A stretch of DNA of 32,000 nucleotides from Bacillus subtilis subsp. subtilis str. 168 (GTDB taxonomy: Bacteria; Bacillota; Bacilli; Bacillales; Bacillaceae): assembly GCF_000009045.1 (NCBI RefSeq), contig NC_000964.3, positions 3,180,001 to 3,212,000 of the forward strand, written 5' to 3'. The translations under genes and the position numbers were made by a program. This document shows positions 17,933 to 28,279 of this stretch, piece after piece. Each line of letters starts with the position of its first letter. Position 1 is the stretch's first letter. A model generated the notes under the pieces. It searched no databases. It saw only the letters and a program-made list of their open reading frames with translations, and had not been told where the DNA came from.

Positions 17933-19207
17933 TTAGACAATCGGAGAAGATGCCTTCCTTTTTAAAAGCACCTGTTGCTCATATTCTTTGATGTCATAAA
18001 GCCATGCCTCTTTTACCGGAACGCCCATTTGCTCACAGTAGGAATCCCAGATGGCTCCGAAAGGATATGTTTTGAATTCCTCCATCAGGGCCAGCCTTTC
18101 TGTATAGCGGCCCTCTTCCTGCAATTGTTTTAAATATCCGTTCGGGAGAAGCAGGGCATACAATAAAGCTTTGATCATATTTCTCGTTCCGATGGTCCAG
18201 GCGGCTACACGGTTAATGCTGGCATCGAAAAAATCCAGACCGATGGCTACCTTCTCAAGAGCATGATTTCGTACAATTTCAAGAGCGATTTCTCTCAATT
18301 CATCATCCAAAACCACTACATGGTCGCTATCCCAACGAACAGGCCGCGATACGTGCAAGGCAAGCTTGTCTGTGTAAAGCAGCATGGACGAGATCTTGTT
18401 TGATACCGTCTCAGTCGGATGGAAATGGCCTGTATCAAGTAAACAAAGCTTATGATTCGTCAAAGCATAAGCTAAATAAAATTCATGAGATCCGACAACA
18501 TATGATTCGGAGCCAAGCCCGAACAGCTTGCTCTCGATTGAATCAAGATTATGTTGTTCACTGATCTCCTCTGAGAAGATCCGATCCAGTGATTCTTTTA
18601 GTCTTTTACGCGGTGTCAGCCTATCACTCGGGATATCCTTATAGCCGTCGGGAATCCAAATATTCGTCAAGCAAGGTGTTCCTAATTCTTTCCCGAAGTA
18701 TTCCCCGATACGGCGGCAAGCGATGCAATGCCTGATCCAAAATTCTCTGATGTCCGGATCAGGGTGTGAAAGGGTGAGTCCGTCAGCCGCTTTCTCATGC
18801 GAAAACAAGGTTGGATTAAAATCTAAACCGAGACCAAGGTTTTTTGCCCATTTCACCCAGTTTTCAAAATGCTGCGGCTTCAATTCGTCACGTTCTACCG
18901 CTTCCCTGTTTGTTTCTGCGTATATCGCATGCAGGTTTACGCGGTGCTTTCCAGGAATGAGAGAAAGAGCCTTCTCCAAATCTCTTCTTAATTCTTCAGG
19001 AGTTTGCGCTTTTCCGGGATAATTGCCGGTCACGTCAATTCCGCCTGAAAGCTCGCCCTTATTTACTTCAAAGCCTTCAATGTCGTCACCCTGCCAGCAG
19101 TGGATCGAAATGGGCACTTGCTCTAATTGCCGAAGCGCCTCTTCAACATCAATTCCCCATTTTTCATATGCCTGTTTTGCACTGTCATAATTGGCTTTTA
19201 TGGTCAT
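17933..19207 (-). CDS. rhaA: L-rhamnose isomerase RhaA
   Basis: 424 aa, [41 protein letters not shown] motifs. Confidence 0.94.
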   Translation of the reverse strand: MTIKANYDSAKQAYEKWGIDVEEALRQLEQVPISIHCWQGDDIEGFEVNKGELSGGIDVTGNYPGKAQTPEELRRDLEKALSLIPGKHRVNLHAIYAETNREAVERDELKPQHFENWVKWAKNLGLGLDFNPTLFSHEKAADGLTLSHPDPDIREFWIRHCIACRRIGEYFGKELGTPCLTNIWIPDGYKDIPSDRLTPRKRLKESLDRIFSEEISEQHNLDSIESKLFGLGSESYVVGSHEFYLAYALTNHKLCLLDTGHFHPTETVSNKISSMLLYTDKLALHVSRPVRWDSDHVVVLDDELREIALEIVRNHALEKVAIGLDFFDASINRVAAWTIGTRNMIKALLYALLLPNGYLKQLQEEGRYTERLALMEEFKTYPFGAIWDSYCEQMGVPVKEAWLYDIKEYEQQVLLKRKASSPIV

Positions 19208-19232
19208 ACGGCTCTCTCCCTTTATCAGTTTT

Positions 19233-19547
19233 TCAATCCAAATAAAAAACTTCCTTTAGATCTATCGCAACAGGACTGAAATCCGAATTTGTTTTCATTA
19301 ATGGCGCCATCGATTTCCACCATCTTTGGCAAACTTCCGTGTCCGCCATCTTTCTCCATTTCTCTTCATCCTCTATTTCTAAATATGCAAAAAGCCTGCC
19401 TGTTTCCTCGTCTAGAAAAATGGAATAATGGTGTGCTCCATGAGCTTTGAGTGCTTCTGCCATCTCAGGCCAAATGTCATCATGCCGCTGTTTGTATTCT
19501 TCGTACTTGTCTTGATGGACAAACATGATACTGGCTTTTCTTTTCAA
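19233..19547 (-). CDS. rhaM: L-rhamnose mutarotase RhaM
   Basis: 104 aa, [27 protein letters not shown] and WWKSMAPLM. Confidence 0.93.
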   Translation of the reverse strand: MKRKASIMFVHQDKYEEYKQRHDDIWPEMAEALKAHGAHHYSIFLDEETGRLFAYLEIEDEEKWRKMADTEVCQRWWKSMAPLMKTNSDFSPVAIDLKEVFYLD

Positions 19548-19564
19548 ACCTTTTCACCTCTTCA

Positions 19565-21022
19565 TCATTTAGATAGCGCTTTCAAAACAGTTTGCTGAAA
19601 TGACTGAATGATCGTGCTTCTATCAATGTCTTTAGGTGTAAACACTTTGATCGGAAAGGAATTTCTGACGACTTGCCGGGCTTCTTTTATGTCTTTGACT
19701 TCTTTGGCAGCAATCATTTGCATCAAAAGATTTCCGGTGGCAGTTGCCTCTATCGGCCCTGCATATACCGCTTTTCCACTCATGTCTGCCGTTAATTGAT
19801 TTAAGAAATCATTCCGGGCTCCGCCGCCGATGATATGAAATTGCTCGATCGGTTTTTCTGTGATTGTTTCGAGCTCTTTGATGGCTATCGCATAGATGAT
19901 GGCTAAATTGCTGTAGATGCAGCAGGCAAGTTCGCCTGCAGTACGGGGAATCTTTTGGCGGGTTTGTCTGCAATAATGTTGTATTTCCTTTATCATGTTT
20001 TCTGGATTCAGGAAACGTTTATCATTTAAGTTTATAAATTGCTGGAATGGTTCTGTTTTTTTGGCTTCTTCTGCAAGCTGCTGAAAAGAATAATCTGCTT
20101 GTAGCTGCTGTTTGACTTCTTGTATCACCCACATGCCGATAATGTTTTTGAGAAAGCGAATGGTGTTGTTTGCGCCGCGTTCATTTGTATAGTTGTTTTC
20201 TAAAGCAAGATCAGTTATTATCGGTGTTTTGTTTTCAACCCCGATTAACGACCATGTTCCGCTGCTGATATACGCCCAGCCATCATTTACGCCTGGCGCC
20301 GCAATGACGGCCGAGGCCGTATCATGTGTTGCGACTGTCATCACCTTGCACGCCGGGAGATCATAATCCGGGAACCACTCATTTCTTAGCTTCCCGAGTT
20401 CACACCCCGGTTCAGTGAGCGGCGCAAATTGCTGTTCCAGAACAGACACGGCTTCAAGCAATTCAGGATCAAGATTTCCCGTTGAGACGTTTAAAAGCTG
20501 TGTTGTGGACACGTTTGTGATTTCCGTTACAGCTTTTCCGGTTAAACAATAGCCTAAATAATCAGGAATCATCATAATTTTGTCTGTCTTTTTCAGCAGC
20601 TCACGGTCTTCTTCAAACAATTGATAGATCGTGTTGAAAGGCTGAAATTGTATTCCTGTTTTTTGATAAATTGCGGCTTTTGAGAGGGTATGTTCCAGTT
20701 TGTCTATTGTGTGATCTGTTCTTCTATCACGGTAGGAGATTGCTTCCCGCAACCGATCGCCTTTTTCGTCCAGTAAGACATAATCGACTGCCCATGTATC
20801 AATGCCTACGGTGCAGTGTTCATACCCAAGCGTCTTTACTTTTTGCAGTCCTTGCAGGATTTGTTTTAGCAAATGATCAATATCCCATAAGCAATGCCCG
20901 TCTCTTTGACTGAAACCGTTAGCGAACCTGTGAATCTCTTGTATGTCAAGCTTCCCTTCATTCAGTTCACCTACCATGATTCTCCCGCTTGATGCGCCTA
21001 CATCAATGGCAGTATAAATCAT
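19565..21022 (-). CDS. rhaB: Rhamnulokinase RhaB
   Basis: 485 aa FGGY kinase, DVGASSGRIMVGEL, THDTASAV, GGGARNDFLNQLTAD. Confidence 0.94.
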   Translation of the reverse strand: MIYTAIDVGASSGRIMVGELNEGKLDIQEIHRFANGFSQRDGHCLWDIDHLLKQILQGLQKVKTLGYEHCTVGIDTWAVDYVLLDEKGDRLREAISYRDRRTDHTIDKLEHTLSKAAIYQKTGIQFQPFNTIYQLFEEDRELLKKTDKIMMIPDYLGYCLTGKAVTEITNVSTTQLLNVSTGNLDPELLEAVSVLEQQFAPLTEPGCELGKLRNEWFPDYDLPACKVMTVATHDTASAVIAAPGVNDGWAYISSGTWSLIGVENKTPIITDLALENNYTNERGANNTIRFLKNIIGMWVIQEVKQQLQADYSFQQLAEEAKKTEPFQQFINLNDKRFLNPENMIKEIQHYCRQTRQKIPRTAGELACCIYSNLAIIYAIAIKELETITEKPIEQFHIIGGGARNDFLNQLTADMSGKAVYAGPIEATATGNLLMQMIAAKEVKDIKEARQVVRNSFPIKVFTPKDIDRSTIIQSFQQTVLKALSK

Positions 21023-21026
21023 CCTT

Positions 21027-21803
21027 TCACCCTCTCTTCGAAAGAGGAACAGCTGTCACCTTCACCTTTTTGTCCTCAAGAGCTTTTACCGATGCCGGAT
21101 CAAGTCCAGAATCCGTAATAAGGCGGCTGACATCTTGCAGCGAGGCGATATGTGAAAACTCGCGGTTCCCCCATTTGCTTGAATCGGCCATCAAAATGGT
21201 CTGGTCCGACCTTTCGATCATCCGTTTTTTGAGCAGCGCCTGCCACTCATTTGAATCACTCATCCCGTTGTGTACGTCAAATCCCTTACATGACAGAAAG
21301 GTTTTATTGACATGATAGGTCTCAAGTGAACGCTCTGCTAACGGGCCGGCAAATGATAATGATTTTTCCAGCAAAATGCCGCCTGTTGAAATGACTGATA
21401 TGTTTTCTTTATTGCTGAGTTCAATAGCTGCTTTCATTGAGTTTGTAATCACGGTGAGCTCAATGTCAGGGAGTATTTTTGCCATGTACCAAGCGGTTGT
21501 GCTTGCATCGAGAATGATTCGGTCTCCGCTTTTTACATATTTGGCCGCTTCGTGAGCGATGGCTTTTTTTTCGATGACATTCGTGATTTCCCGTTCAGAA
21601 AAATGAATTTCTGATTCCTTCTGCTGAATACTGACCGCTCCTCCGTGGCTCCGGCTCAGTTTATGTTCTTTTTCAAGCTTTTCAAGATCACGCCGAATGG
21701 TTTCCTCTGTGACTGAAAAAATGTCACTTAATTCGGAAACGCGGATGCTTGAACGCATATTTACTATTTCCACTATTTTTTGCTGCCGTTCTGCTACTAG
21801 CAT
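21027..21803 (-). CDS. rhaR: DeoR-family repressor RhaR
   Basis: 258 aa, DeoR HTH (RVSELSDIFSVTEETIRRDLEKLEKEHKLSRSHGG) and sugar-phosphate sensor domain, within rha operon. Confidence 0.93.
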   Translation of the reverse strand: MLVAERQQKIVEIVNMRSSIRVSELSDIFSVTEETIRRDLEKLEKEHKLSRSHGGAVSIQQKESEIHFSEREITNVIEKKAIAHEAAKYVKSGDRIILDASTTAWYMAKILPDIELTVITNSMKAAIELSNKENISVISTGGILLEKSLSFAGPLAERSLETYHVNKTFLSCKGFDVHNGMSDSNEWQALLKKRMIERSDQTILMADSSKWGNREFSHIASLQDVSRLITDSGLDPASVKALEDKKVKVTAVPLSKRG

Positions 21804-21859
21804 CGGTAACGCCCTTCCTCATATCGTAGTCCGTCTTATATTTTTATCATAGCATATAT

Positions 21860-23929
21860 CTAACGCGTAAAAGCAGCAGGGACGCCGCCGTCTACCGTGA
21901 TCATGCAGCCCGTTGTTTTTTCGGCTTTGGAAGAAGCGAAGAATGCAATGGCTTCGGCAATATCCTCCGGGTAAATATTGACGAGCAATGCTGTCCGTTT
22001 CCGGTAATGTTCCTCCAGCTGATCCGGTTCAATCCCGTACGCCGCGGCTCGTTCCTCACGCCAGCTTGAACCCCAGATTGCCGATCCTTGAAGAACTGCA
22101 TCAGGCAAAACGGAGTTGACCCTAATGCCGAATTCTCCGCCTTCTGCTGCGATGCATCTTGCTAAATGGGTTTCAAGCGCCTTAACAGAGCTGTAGGCAG
22201 AGGCGTTTTTTCCCGCATAAACTGAATTTTTCGATCCGACAAATACCATGCTTCCGCCTCTATTTTGATGTTTCATCTGTTTAAACGCTTCACGGGCTAC
22301 AAGGAAATAGCCTGTTCCTAAAACATTCATATTAAGATTCCATTCTTTTAGACTTGTTTCGTCAAATGGGCTTGATGTGGCCAGCCCGGCATTATTGACG
22401 ACGATATCAATGCCGCCGTAAGCAAGCGCCGCTCGTTCAAAAGCTGACTGTACGTCTTCCTCCTTTGTCACATCCATTTTGACAGCCATTGCCCGTCCTT
22501 TTCCGTATGCATCGTTTATTTCCCCGGCAATTTTCTGTGCGCCTTCTATATTCAGATCAGCTACGATCACGTGCCCTCCCTCAGCTGCAAATCGGCGGCA
22601 TGCCGCACTGCCGATTCCGCCGGCTCCTCCAGTTATCAGCGCTACTTTTCGGGAAAATTCTGCTTCCGGCGGGGCCAGCGTGAGTTTATATAGTTCGAGC
22701 GGCCAATATTCGACATGGTAGGACTCATTTTCATGTAAAGAAACAAATTGCCCCAGAGCGGTTGCTCCTTTCATTACGGCGATGGCCCTCCGATATAAAG
22801 CCCCGCTTACTTTAGACATCGCATAACTTTTTCCTGTATTCACCATTCCGATTCCAGGAATCAATATCACCCGCGGGGCGGATTCAAAGATTTGATCCCC
22901 ATCCTGCTGATTGCGTGTAAAGTAAGCCTGATACTCTGATGTAAAGGTCTCGACTCCTGACTTGATCAGATCTGCAAGCTTGTGCACATCTTGAGTTTCC
23001 GGATTCCAATCAATGTACAGCGGAACCCGTTTTGTGTGAACAAGGTGATCCGGGCATGCCGCACCGATTTGCGAAAGTGCTGGCGCTTGGACACTGTTTA
23101 CAAATTCCAAGACATCGTCATGATCATCATAGGAAAGGATCATTTTCTTTTCTTCACTTACTGCTCCTCTGATCACAGGCATGATGCCTGCCAAGATTTG
23201 TTTTCTTTTATCCTCCGGCAGCGGCTGATACCTTTTGCCTCCGAATACCTCATGCTGATTGATACGATCGTTAATATACTGCTCGGCTTCTTGAATGATG
23301 GATATCGTTTTTTGATAACATGTTTCAGACGTCTCTCCCCAAGTGACTAAGCCGTGTTTCTCCATTAATACAAGCTCGGCGTGGGGGTTGTTTGCTACGC
23401 CTTCAGCGATCATTTTAGACAAAGTAAATCCAGGACGGACGTATGGCACCCATACAAACCGATTTCCGTAAATGTCTTCAGCGATTTGTTTTCCATTATC
23501 CGCACAGCATATGCTGATAATCGCATCTGGATGGGTATGGTCAACATGTTTGTATGGCAGAAAAGCGTGTAATAGCGTTTCAATTGAAGGGCGGGGATGT
23601 TTGCTGTCTATCATACAATGAGACAGGTAGTCTACCATTTCTTCATCGGGCATTTGGTCCCTTTTAATCAGCGGGCGGATATCATCTAATTTCAAACCGG
23701 AAAAGTTATGCGCTTTCATTGTTGCCAAATCCGATCCGCTTCCTTTTACCCACATGACTTCTATTTCACGGCCTCTAAAATCCTTTTCCGTTGTTTTCAT
23801 AGATGTATTCCCCCCGCCCCAGTTGCAGACAGTGCGGTCTGACCCGATCAGATTGGACCTGTACACCAATTCCTCTACACCTTTAGGTAGCTGTGCAGCT
23901 CGCTCTGAATCCCATATATGTTTCACCAT
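21860..23929 (-). CDS. rhaEW: Bifunctional rhamnulose-1-phosphate aldolase / lactaldehyde dehydrogenase RhaEW
   Basis: 689 aa; N-terminal class II aldolase (HTHPDAIISICCADNG) fused to C-terminal SDR (LITGGAGGIGSAACRRFA, YSSVKALETHLAR). Confidence 0.94.
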   Translation of the reverse strand: MVKHIWDSERAAQLPKGVEELVYRSNLIGSDRTVCNWGGGNTSMKTTEKDFRGREIEVMWVKGSGSDLATMKAHNFSGLKLDDIRPLIKRDQMPDEEMVDYLSHCMIDSKHPRPSIETLLHAFLPYKHVDHTHPDAIISICCADNGKQIAEDIYGNRFVWVPYVRPGFTLSKMIAEGVANNPHAELVLMEKHGLVTWGETSETCYQKTISIIQEAEQYINDRINQHEVFGGKRYQPLPEDKRKQILAGIMPVIRGAVSEEKKMILSYDDHDDVLEFVNSVQAPALSQIGAACPDHLVHTKRVPLYIDWNPETQDVHKLADLIKSGVETFTSEYQAYFTRNQQDGDQIFESAPRVILIPGIGMVNTGKSYAMSKVSGALYRRAIAVMKGATALGQFVSLHENESYHVEYWPLELYKLTLAPPEAEFSRKVALITGGAGGIGSAACRRFAAEGGHVIVADLNIEGAQKIAGEINDAYGKGRAMAVKMDVTKEEDVQSAFERAALAYGGIDIVVNNAGLATSSPFDETSLKEWNLNMNVLGTGYFLVAREAFKQMKHQNRGGSMVFVGSKNSVYAGKNASAYSSVKALETHLARCIAAEGGEFGIRVNSVLPDAVLQGSAIWGSSWREERAAAYGIEPDQLEEHYRKRTALLVNIYPEDIAEAIAFFASSKAEKTTGCMITVDGGVPAAFTR

Positions 23930-23957
23930 ATTTGATATTCCTCCATACCCTTTTATT

Positions 23958-23971
23958 TGTATCCGTTTTCA
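23958..23971. promoter_or_regulatory. Catabolite-responsive element (cre) overlapping rhaEW start site
   Basis: TGTATCCGTTTTCA, one mismatch to TGWAANCGNTNWCA. Confidence 0.7.
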
Positions 23972-23999
23972 TTATATATGATTTCTGTTTGTTTTTGAA
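23971..23999 (-). promoter_or_regulatory. sigA promoter of rhaEW operon
   Basis: Minus strand TTCAAA-N17-TATAAT. Confidence 0.75.
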
Positions 24000-24018
24000 T
24001 CGTTTTTGTTTATTTTTG
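23986..24018. promoter_or_regulatory. Direct-repeat RhaR operator candidate overlapping -35
   Basis: TGTTTGTTTTTG (23986-23997) and TGTTTATTTTTG (24007-24018), 21 bp apart. Confidence 0.6.
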
Positions 24019-24033
24019 CTTTTTAACAAAAAA

Positions 24034-24060
24034 AGAAAGCAGCAGATATGCCGCTTTCTC
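24034..24060 (-). terminator. Terminator of tlpB
   Basis: Minus strand GAAAGCGGCatatctGCTGCTTTC followed by TTTTTTT. Confidence 0.7.
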
Positions 24061-24066
24061 GTTTCA

Positions 24067-26055
24067 TTATGATTCTATTTTAAATTTCTTCGTAATGTCC
24101 TGAAGTTCTTCCGCCATGTTTGCCAACGTTTCCGCTGAAGAGCTGATTTCTTCCATGGACGCAAGCTGTTCTTCCGCCGAAGCTGCGATATCCTGAATGC
24201 CTGCTGAGCTTTCTTTCGCCACTGCAGAAATATCTTCAACAGCACTTGACACTTCCTGTGATCCGGCTGACAGTTGTTCAACCGTCGCGTTCAAGTTTTG
24301 CAATTCGCCGGAAATTTGGGTTGTCATCTCATAGATTTGTTTAAAGCTTTCCGCTGTTTGATCCGTAATCTGCAAGCCTTCTTTCACTTCATGATTCACG
24401 GATTGGAACATTGAAAGTGAGGTGCTGATTTCCCTGACAATCTCTTGAATTAATCCTTCAATTTCCTTGGCGGAGTCTGCTGATTGTACAGCAAGTTTTC
24501 TAACCTCTTCCGCAACTACTGAGAAACCTCTTCCGTATTCTCCCGCTCTTGCCGCCTCAATCGCAGCATTTAATGCAAGCAGGTTGGTTTGATCAGCAAT
24601 GCCGTTAATCACATTCAAGATGCTTGTGATGTCTTGCGATTTTGTTTCAAGGCCCTTCACAACCGCTTCCGCTTTTTGAACGGATTGGTCAATTGTTTTC
24701 ATCTGGCCGACTGTATGCTCCACCAGCTTTTCTCCGCTGCCCGCTGCCTCAGAGGACTGAATCGATGATTTCGTAATGGTTGAAGAGGCTTGAGCCACTT
24801 TTGAAATCCCCTCGTTCATTTGAGAAAGATGATTTGAGCTTGTTTCCAGTTTCTCGCTTTGTGCCTCGTTGCCATCTGAGAACTGTTCGATGGCAAGTGT
24901 AATATGTTCAGTTGCCTTGCTTGTTTGGGCTGCGCTTGCTGTCAGCTCCTCAGAAGATGAAGCGACGTTTTCTACAGACGTTTGAATAACGCCTATTACA
25001 GAACGCAATGATGCAGACATTTCATTAAAGCTTTCGCCAAGCTGGCCAAACTCGTTTTTCGAGTGAATGTCAATGACTTCTGTGAGATCTCCGCTGCTGA
25101 TTTTTGCAGACGTTGAGACAAGTTTTCTTAACGGCTTGGTGATGGCACGGATAATATAGAGTATGAGTATGCCGCCGATTACTATTGACACGCATAGAAT
25201 GATAACCGCAGTGTTCAGCACCGGGCTTGAAGCATCTTGCAATTCACTGACAAAATATGTGCCCGCGATTTTCCAGCCAGTCAGTTTATTTGTCGTAAAG
25301 GCCATTTTCTTTTCTTTGCCTTCGAATGTATATTCAAATGAGCCTTCTTTTTTGGAATATACTTGGTTTGTCCAATCGCCGGAACCGGTTGTCCCCGGCT
25401 TAATGGTCGGATGGGCGATATATTTTTTGTTGCCTGTCGTAATAAATGCAAAGCCTTCTTTTCCGATTTTGATTCTTTTTGATGCAGTAAGCACTTCATC
25501 CAGGTTTAAATCTAGCGCTATAACCCCTGAACCGTCTTTTAATTGTTTTGAAATTGTGACAACGATATCTCCTGTCGCTTCATCGGTATACGGTTCTGAG
25601 AAAACAGCTTGTCCTTTTTCCGCAACCGCCTGTTTGTACCAGTCACGTCCTGTCGGATCGAAACCTTTCGGAACACCGCTATCCGGATATTTATAAAGCT
25701 TCTTATCTTCTGAGGCAGCATAGATTGCGCCTACATCGTCGTTAAGTGTCGTGTACTGCTTAAATTTCTCTTTCAGTAATGTTTTGTTTTTGCCTAACAA
25801 TATGTCTTTATCGACTGTCTCACTATAATAATCTATTGCTTTTACTTTATCTTCTAATTTATTTTGCAGCGTACTGTTTAGTTCTTCAACATTTCCCTTC
25901 GCACTGCTTATGAGCTCTCTGTCTAACGCGTTCCAAGCTGATTGATAACTGAAATATGCTAAAACCCCAACCGGCAAAATAAGCACTGCCAGAAACGCAG
26001 CGATTAGCGGTTTGCTGATCGATGGCTGTTTGATCCATTGTATGAATTTTCCCAT
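24067..26055 (-). CDS. tlpB: Methyl-accepting chemotaxis protein TlpB
   Basis: 662 aa: TM, dCache-like sensor, TM, HAMP, MCP signalling domain with [32 protein letters not shown] hairpin. Confidence 0.9.
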   Translation of the reverse strand: MGKFIQWIKQPSISKPLIAAFLAVLILPVGVLAYFSYQSAWNALDRELISSAKGNVEELNSTLQNKLEDKVKAIDYYSETVDKDILLGKNKTLLKEKFKQYTTLNDDVGAIYAASEDKKLYKYPDSGVPKGFDPTGRDWYKQAVAEKGQAVFSEPYTDEATGDIVVTISKQLKDGSGVIALDLNLDEVLTASKRIKIGKEGFAFITTGNKKYIAHPTIKPGTTGSGDWTNQVYSKKEGSFEYTFEGKEKKMAFTTNKLTGWKIAGTYFVSELQDASSPVLNTAVIILCVSIVIGGILILYIIRAITKPLRKLVSTSAKISSGDLTEVIDIHSKNEFGQLGESFNEMSASLRSVIGVIQTSVENVASSSEELTASAAQTSKATEHITLAIEQFSDGNEAQSEKLETSSNHLSQMNEGISKVAQASSTITKSSIQSSEAAGSGEKLVEHTVGQMKTIDQSVQKAEAVVKGLETKSQDITSILNVINGIADQTNLLALNAAIEAARAGEYGRGFSVVAEEVRKLAVQSADSAKEIEGLIQEIVREISTSLSMFQSVNHEVKEGLQITDQTAESFKQIYEMTTQISGELQNLNATVEQLSAGSQEVSSAVEDISAVAKESSAGIQDIAASAEEQLASMEEISSSAETLANMAEELQDITKKFKIES

Positions 26056-26086
26056 TCTCGTTGACTCCTCCTTTAAGATAAATCTA

Positions 26087-26114
26087 ATATCGTCAAACTA
26101 GGATAAAAGGTTTA
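26087..26114 (-). promoter_or_regulatory. sigD-type promoter of tlpB
   Basis: Minus strand TAAA-N16-GACGATAT. Confidence 0.6.
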
Positions 26115-26131
26115 ATAAAAAAACTAAAAAA

Positions 26132-26160
26132 AACACCCAAGCGCAACAAGCTTGGGTGTT
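26132..26160 (-). terminator. Terminator of mcpA
   Basis: AACACCCAAGC-N7-GCTTGGGTGTT preceded by A-run (T-run on minus). Confidence 0.9.
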
Positions 26161-26168
26161 AAGGCTTA

Positions 26169-28157
26169 TTATTCAATTTTAAATCGTTTGGTCATATCCC
26201 GAAGCTCTTCCGCCATAGAGGAAAGGGTCTCTGCAGACGAGCTGATTTCTTCCATGGAAGCTAGCTGCTCTTCAGCTGACGCCGCGATATCTTGTATATG
26301 CGCTGAGCTTTCTTTTGAAATCGATGCAATGTGCTCAGACGCTCCCGAAACTTCTTCGGAGCTGGCAGAAAGCTGCTGAACCGTCGCACTCATATTTTGC
26401 AGTTCGCCGGCGATTTGGTTCGTCATTTCAGAAATGCGTTTGAAGCTCATTTCTGTTTTATCTGTGATGTCAAGTCCTGTCTGCACCTCTTGATTGACAG
26501 ATTGGAACATGCCGAGTGATGTATTGATTTCCTTCACAATTTCGATGATTAATCCTTCAATCTCTTTTGCTGAATCTGCTGACTGTACTGCCAGTTTTCT
26601 TACTTCTTCCGCTACAACGGAGAAGCCGCGGCCGTACTCGCCTGCGCGCGCTGCTTCAATTGCTGCGTTTAAGGCAAGCAGGTTCGTCTGGTCTGCGATG
26701 CCGTTGATCACACGCAAAATGTTTGTAATATCTTTCGATTTCGTTTCCAATCCGCGTACGACTTGCTCCGCTTCTTTAACGGACTTGTCAATGACATTCA
26801 TTTGGCCGACGGTTTGATGAACAAGCTTGCCGCCTTCACTTGCAATTTCTGTCGATTGAACAGATGAATCAGTGATCACTTCAGAAGCTTGAGCCATATT
26901 CGTCAACCCGTCATTCATTTGATAAATGTGCTCTGCTGCCGTTTCAATGTTTTCGTTTTGTTTTTCATTGCCGTTAGAAAATTGTTCAATCGCCAATGTA
27001 ATGTGCTCTGTTGCCTTGCTCGTTTGCGCAGCTGATGCAGTCAGCTCCTCAGAGGAAGCGGCAACATTGTCTACCGAATCCTGGATGGCGTGTATGAGAG
27101 AACGAAGTGACGACGCCATATTGTTAAAGCTTTTGCCGAGCTCGCCCAATTCATCTTTTGAACGGATATCAATGGTTTCCGTCAAATCTCCCTCGCTGAT
27201 CCGCTTAGAGGAACCGACAAGCTGTTTCAGCGGTGTTGTAATCGACCGAATGATCAATGTCATGACGATAATCCCTATGATAATAGCTGCGGCCAAGACA
27301 ATTAAAGCAAGGTGAAGGACAGGCTGGGCTGCCTCATGGATTTCATCCAAATACATGGTGCCGCCGATCTTCCATCCCGTCAACTTGTTTGTGTCAAAGG
27401 CCATTTTTTTCTTATCGCCATCCATGGTGTATTGAAAATCGCCTTTATCAGCACTCAACATCTTATCGAGCCAGTCGCCTTTTAATTCAGTTCCTGATTG
27501 TTCATTAGGGTGTGCGACAACTTTTTTGTCCTTCGTCATGATAAATGCGTAGCCTTGTGTGCCGATGTTGACTTTTTTGGTTGTTTTCAGCAGATTTTCA
27601 ATCGTCATGTTGATTGCGATAACGCCTGAACCATCTTTTGTCTGCTGGGCGATTGTCACAACCATCGTATTTGTCGACGCGGTTTTATAAGGGTCTGTGA
27701 TCACGACTTTCCCTTTATTTGCAACCGCTTTTTTGTACCAGTCGCGTTCAACCGGATTATAGCCGCTTGGCATCGGAAGATCCGGATAGCGGGTAAAGTG
27801 CCCTTTTGTGTCACTTGTATAAATGGATTCTACATCCTTGTTAATGCTGATATATTGTGAGAATTTCTCTGCAATGCTTGCATTGCTTTTTGCATTGTAT
27901 TTCTCTTTTGTCAGCCATTCGCTGAAATAATCAGCACTGTTTTCTTTTTCGCCGATGCTGGTGTTAATGATTTCGTTTAATTGCTGTACATTTTCCAATG
28001 CGCTCCCCATCATCTGTCTGTCGAGTGAGCTGCTAGCCGATTGATACGCAAAGATCGCCAATATGACAACCGGTATGATGAGGATCGACAGAAAGGAAAC
28101 GAGAAGCTTCCGTGTAATTGATCTTTGTTTTATGAGTTGGAGTATTTTTTTCATCAT
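26169..28157 (-). CDS. mcpA: Methyl-accepting chemotaxis protein McpA
   Basis: 662 aa MCP with same architecture as neighbours; position between tlpB and tlpA. Confidence 0.9.
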   Translation of the reverse strand: MMKKILQLIKQRSITRKLLVSFLSILIIPVVILAIFAYQSASSSLDRQMMGSALENVQQLNEIINTSIGEKENSADYFSEWLTKEKYNAKSNASIAEKFSQYISINKDVESIYTSDTKGHFTRYPDLPMPSGYNPVERDWYKKAVANKGKVVITDPYKTASTNTMVVTIAQQTKDGSGVIAINMTIENLLKTTKKVNIGTQGYAFIMTKDKKVVAHPNEQSGTELKGDWLDKMLSADKGDFQYTMDGDKKKMAFDTNKLTGWKIGGTMYLDEIHEAAQPVLHLALIVLAAAIIIGIIVMTLIIRSITTPLKQLVGSSKRISEGDLTETIDIRSKDELGELGKSFNNMASSLRSLIHAIQDSVDNVAASSEELTASAAQTSKATEHITLAIEQFSNGNEKQNENIETAAEHIYQMNDGLTNMAQASEVITDSSVQSTEIASEGGKLVHQTVGQMNVIDKSVKEAEQVVRGLETKSKDITNILRVINGIADQTNLLALNAAIEAARAGEYGRGFSVVAEEVRKLAVQSADSAKEIEGLIIEIVKEINTSLGMFQSVNQEVQTGLDITDKTEMSFKRISEMTNQIAGELQNMSATVQQLSASSEEVSGASEHIASISKESSAHIQDIAASAEEQLASMEEISSSAETLSSMAEELRDMTKRFKIE

Positions 28158-28185
28158 TCATTTCTCCTTTTTTATGCTACCCTTC

Positions 28186-28213
28186 ATATCGGCTGGAAAT
28201 GGGTAAATATATA
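28186..28213 (-). promoter_or_regulatory. sigD-type promoter of mcpA
   Basis: Minus strand TATA-N16-GCCGATAT; -10 matches consensus perfectly. Confidence 0.7.
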
Positions 28214-28279
28214 CAGCAAAAAAGAAGAAATTTAACAAAAGTAACTAATTTCCCATAAATAAATAGTATTTTAGACCTA

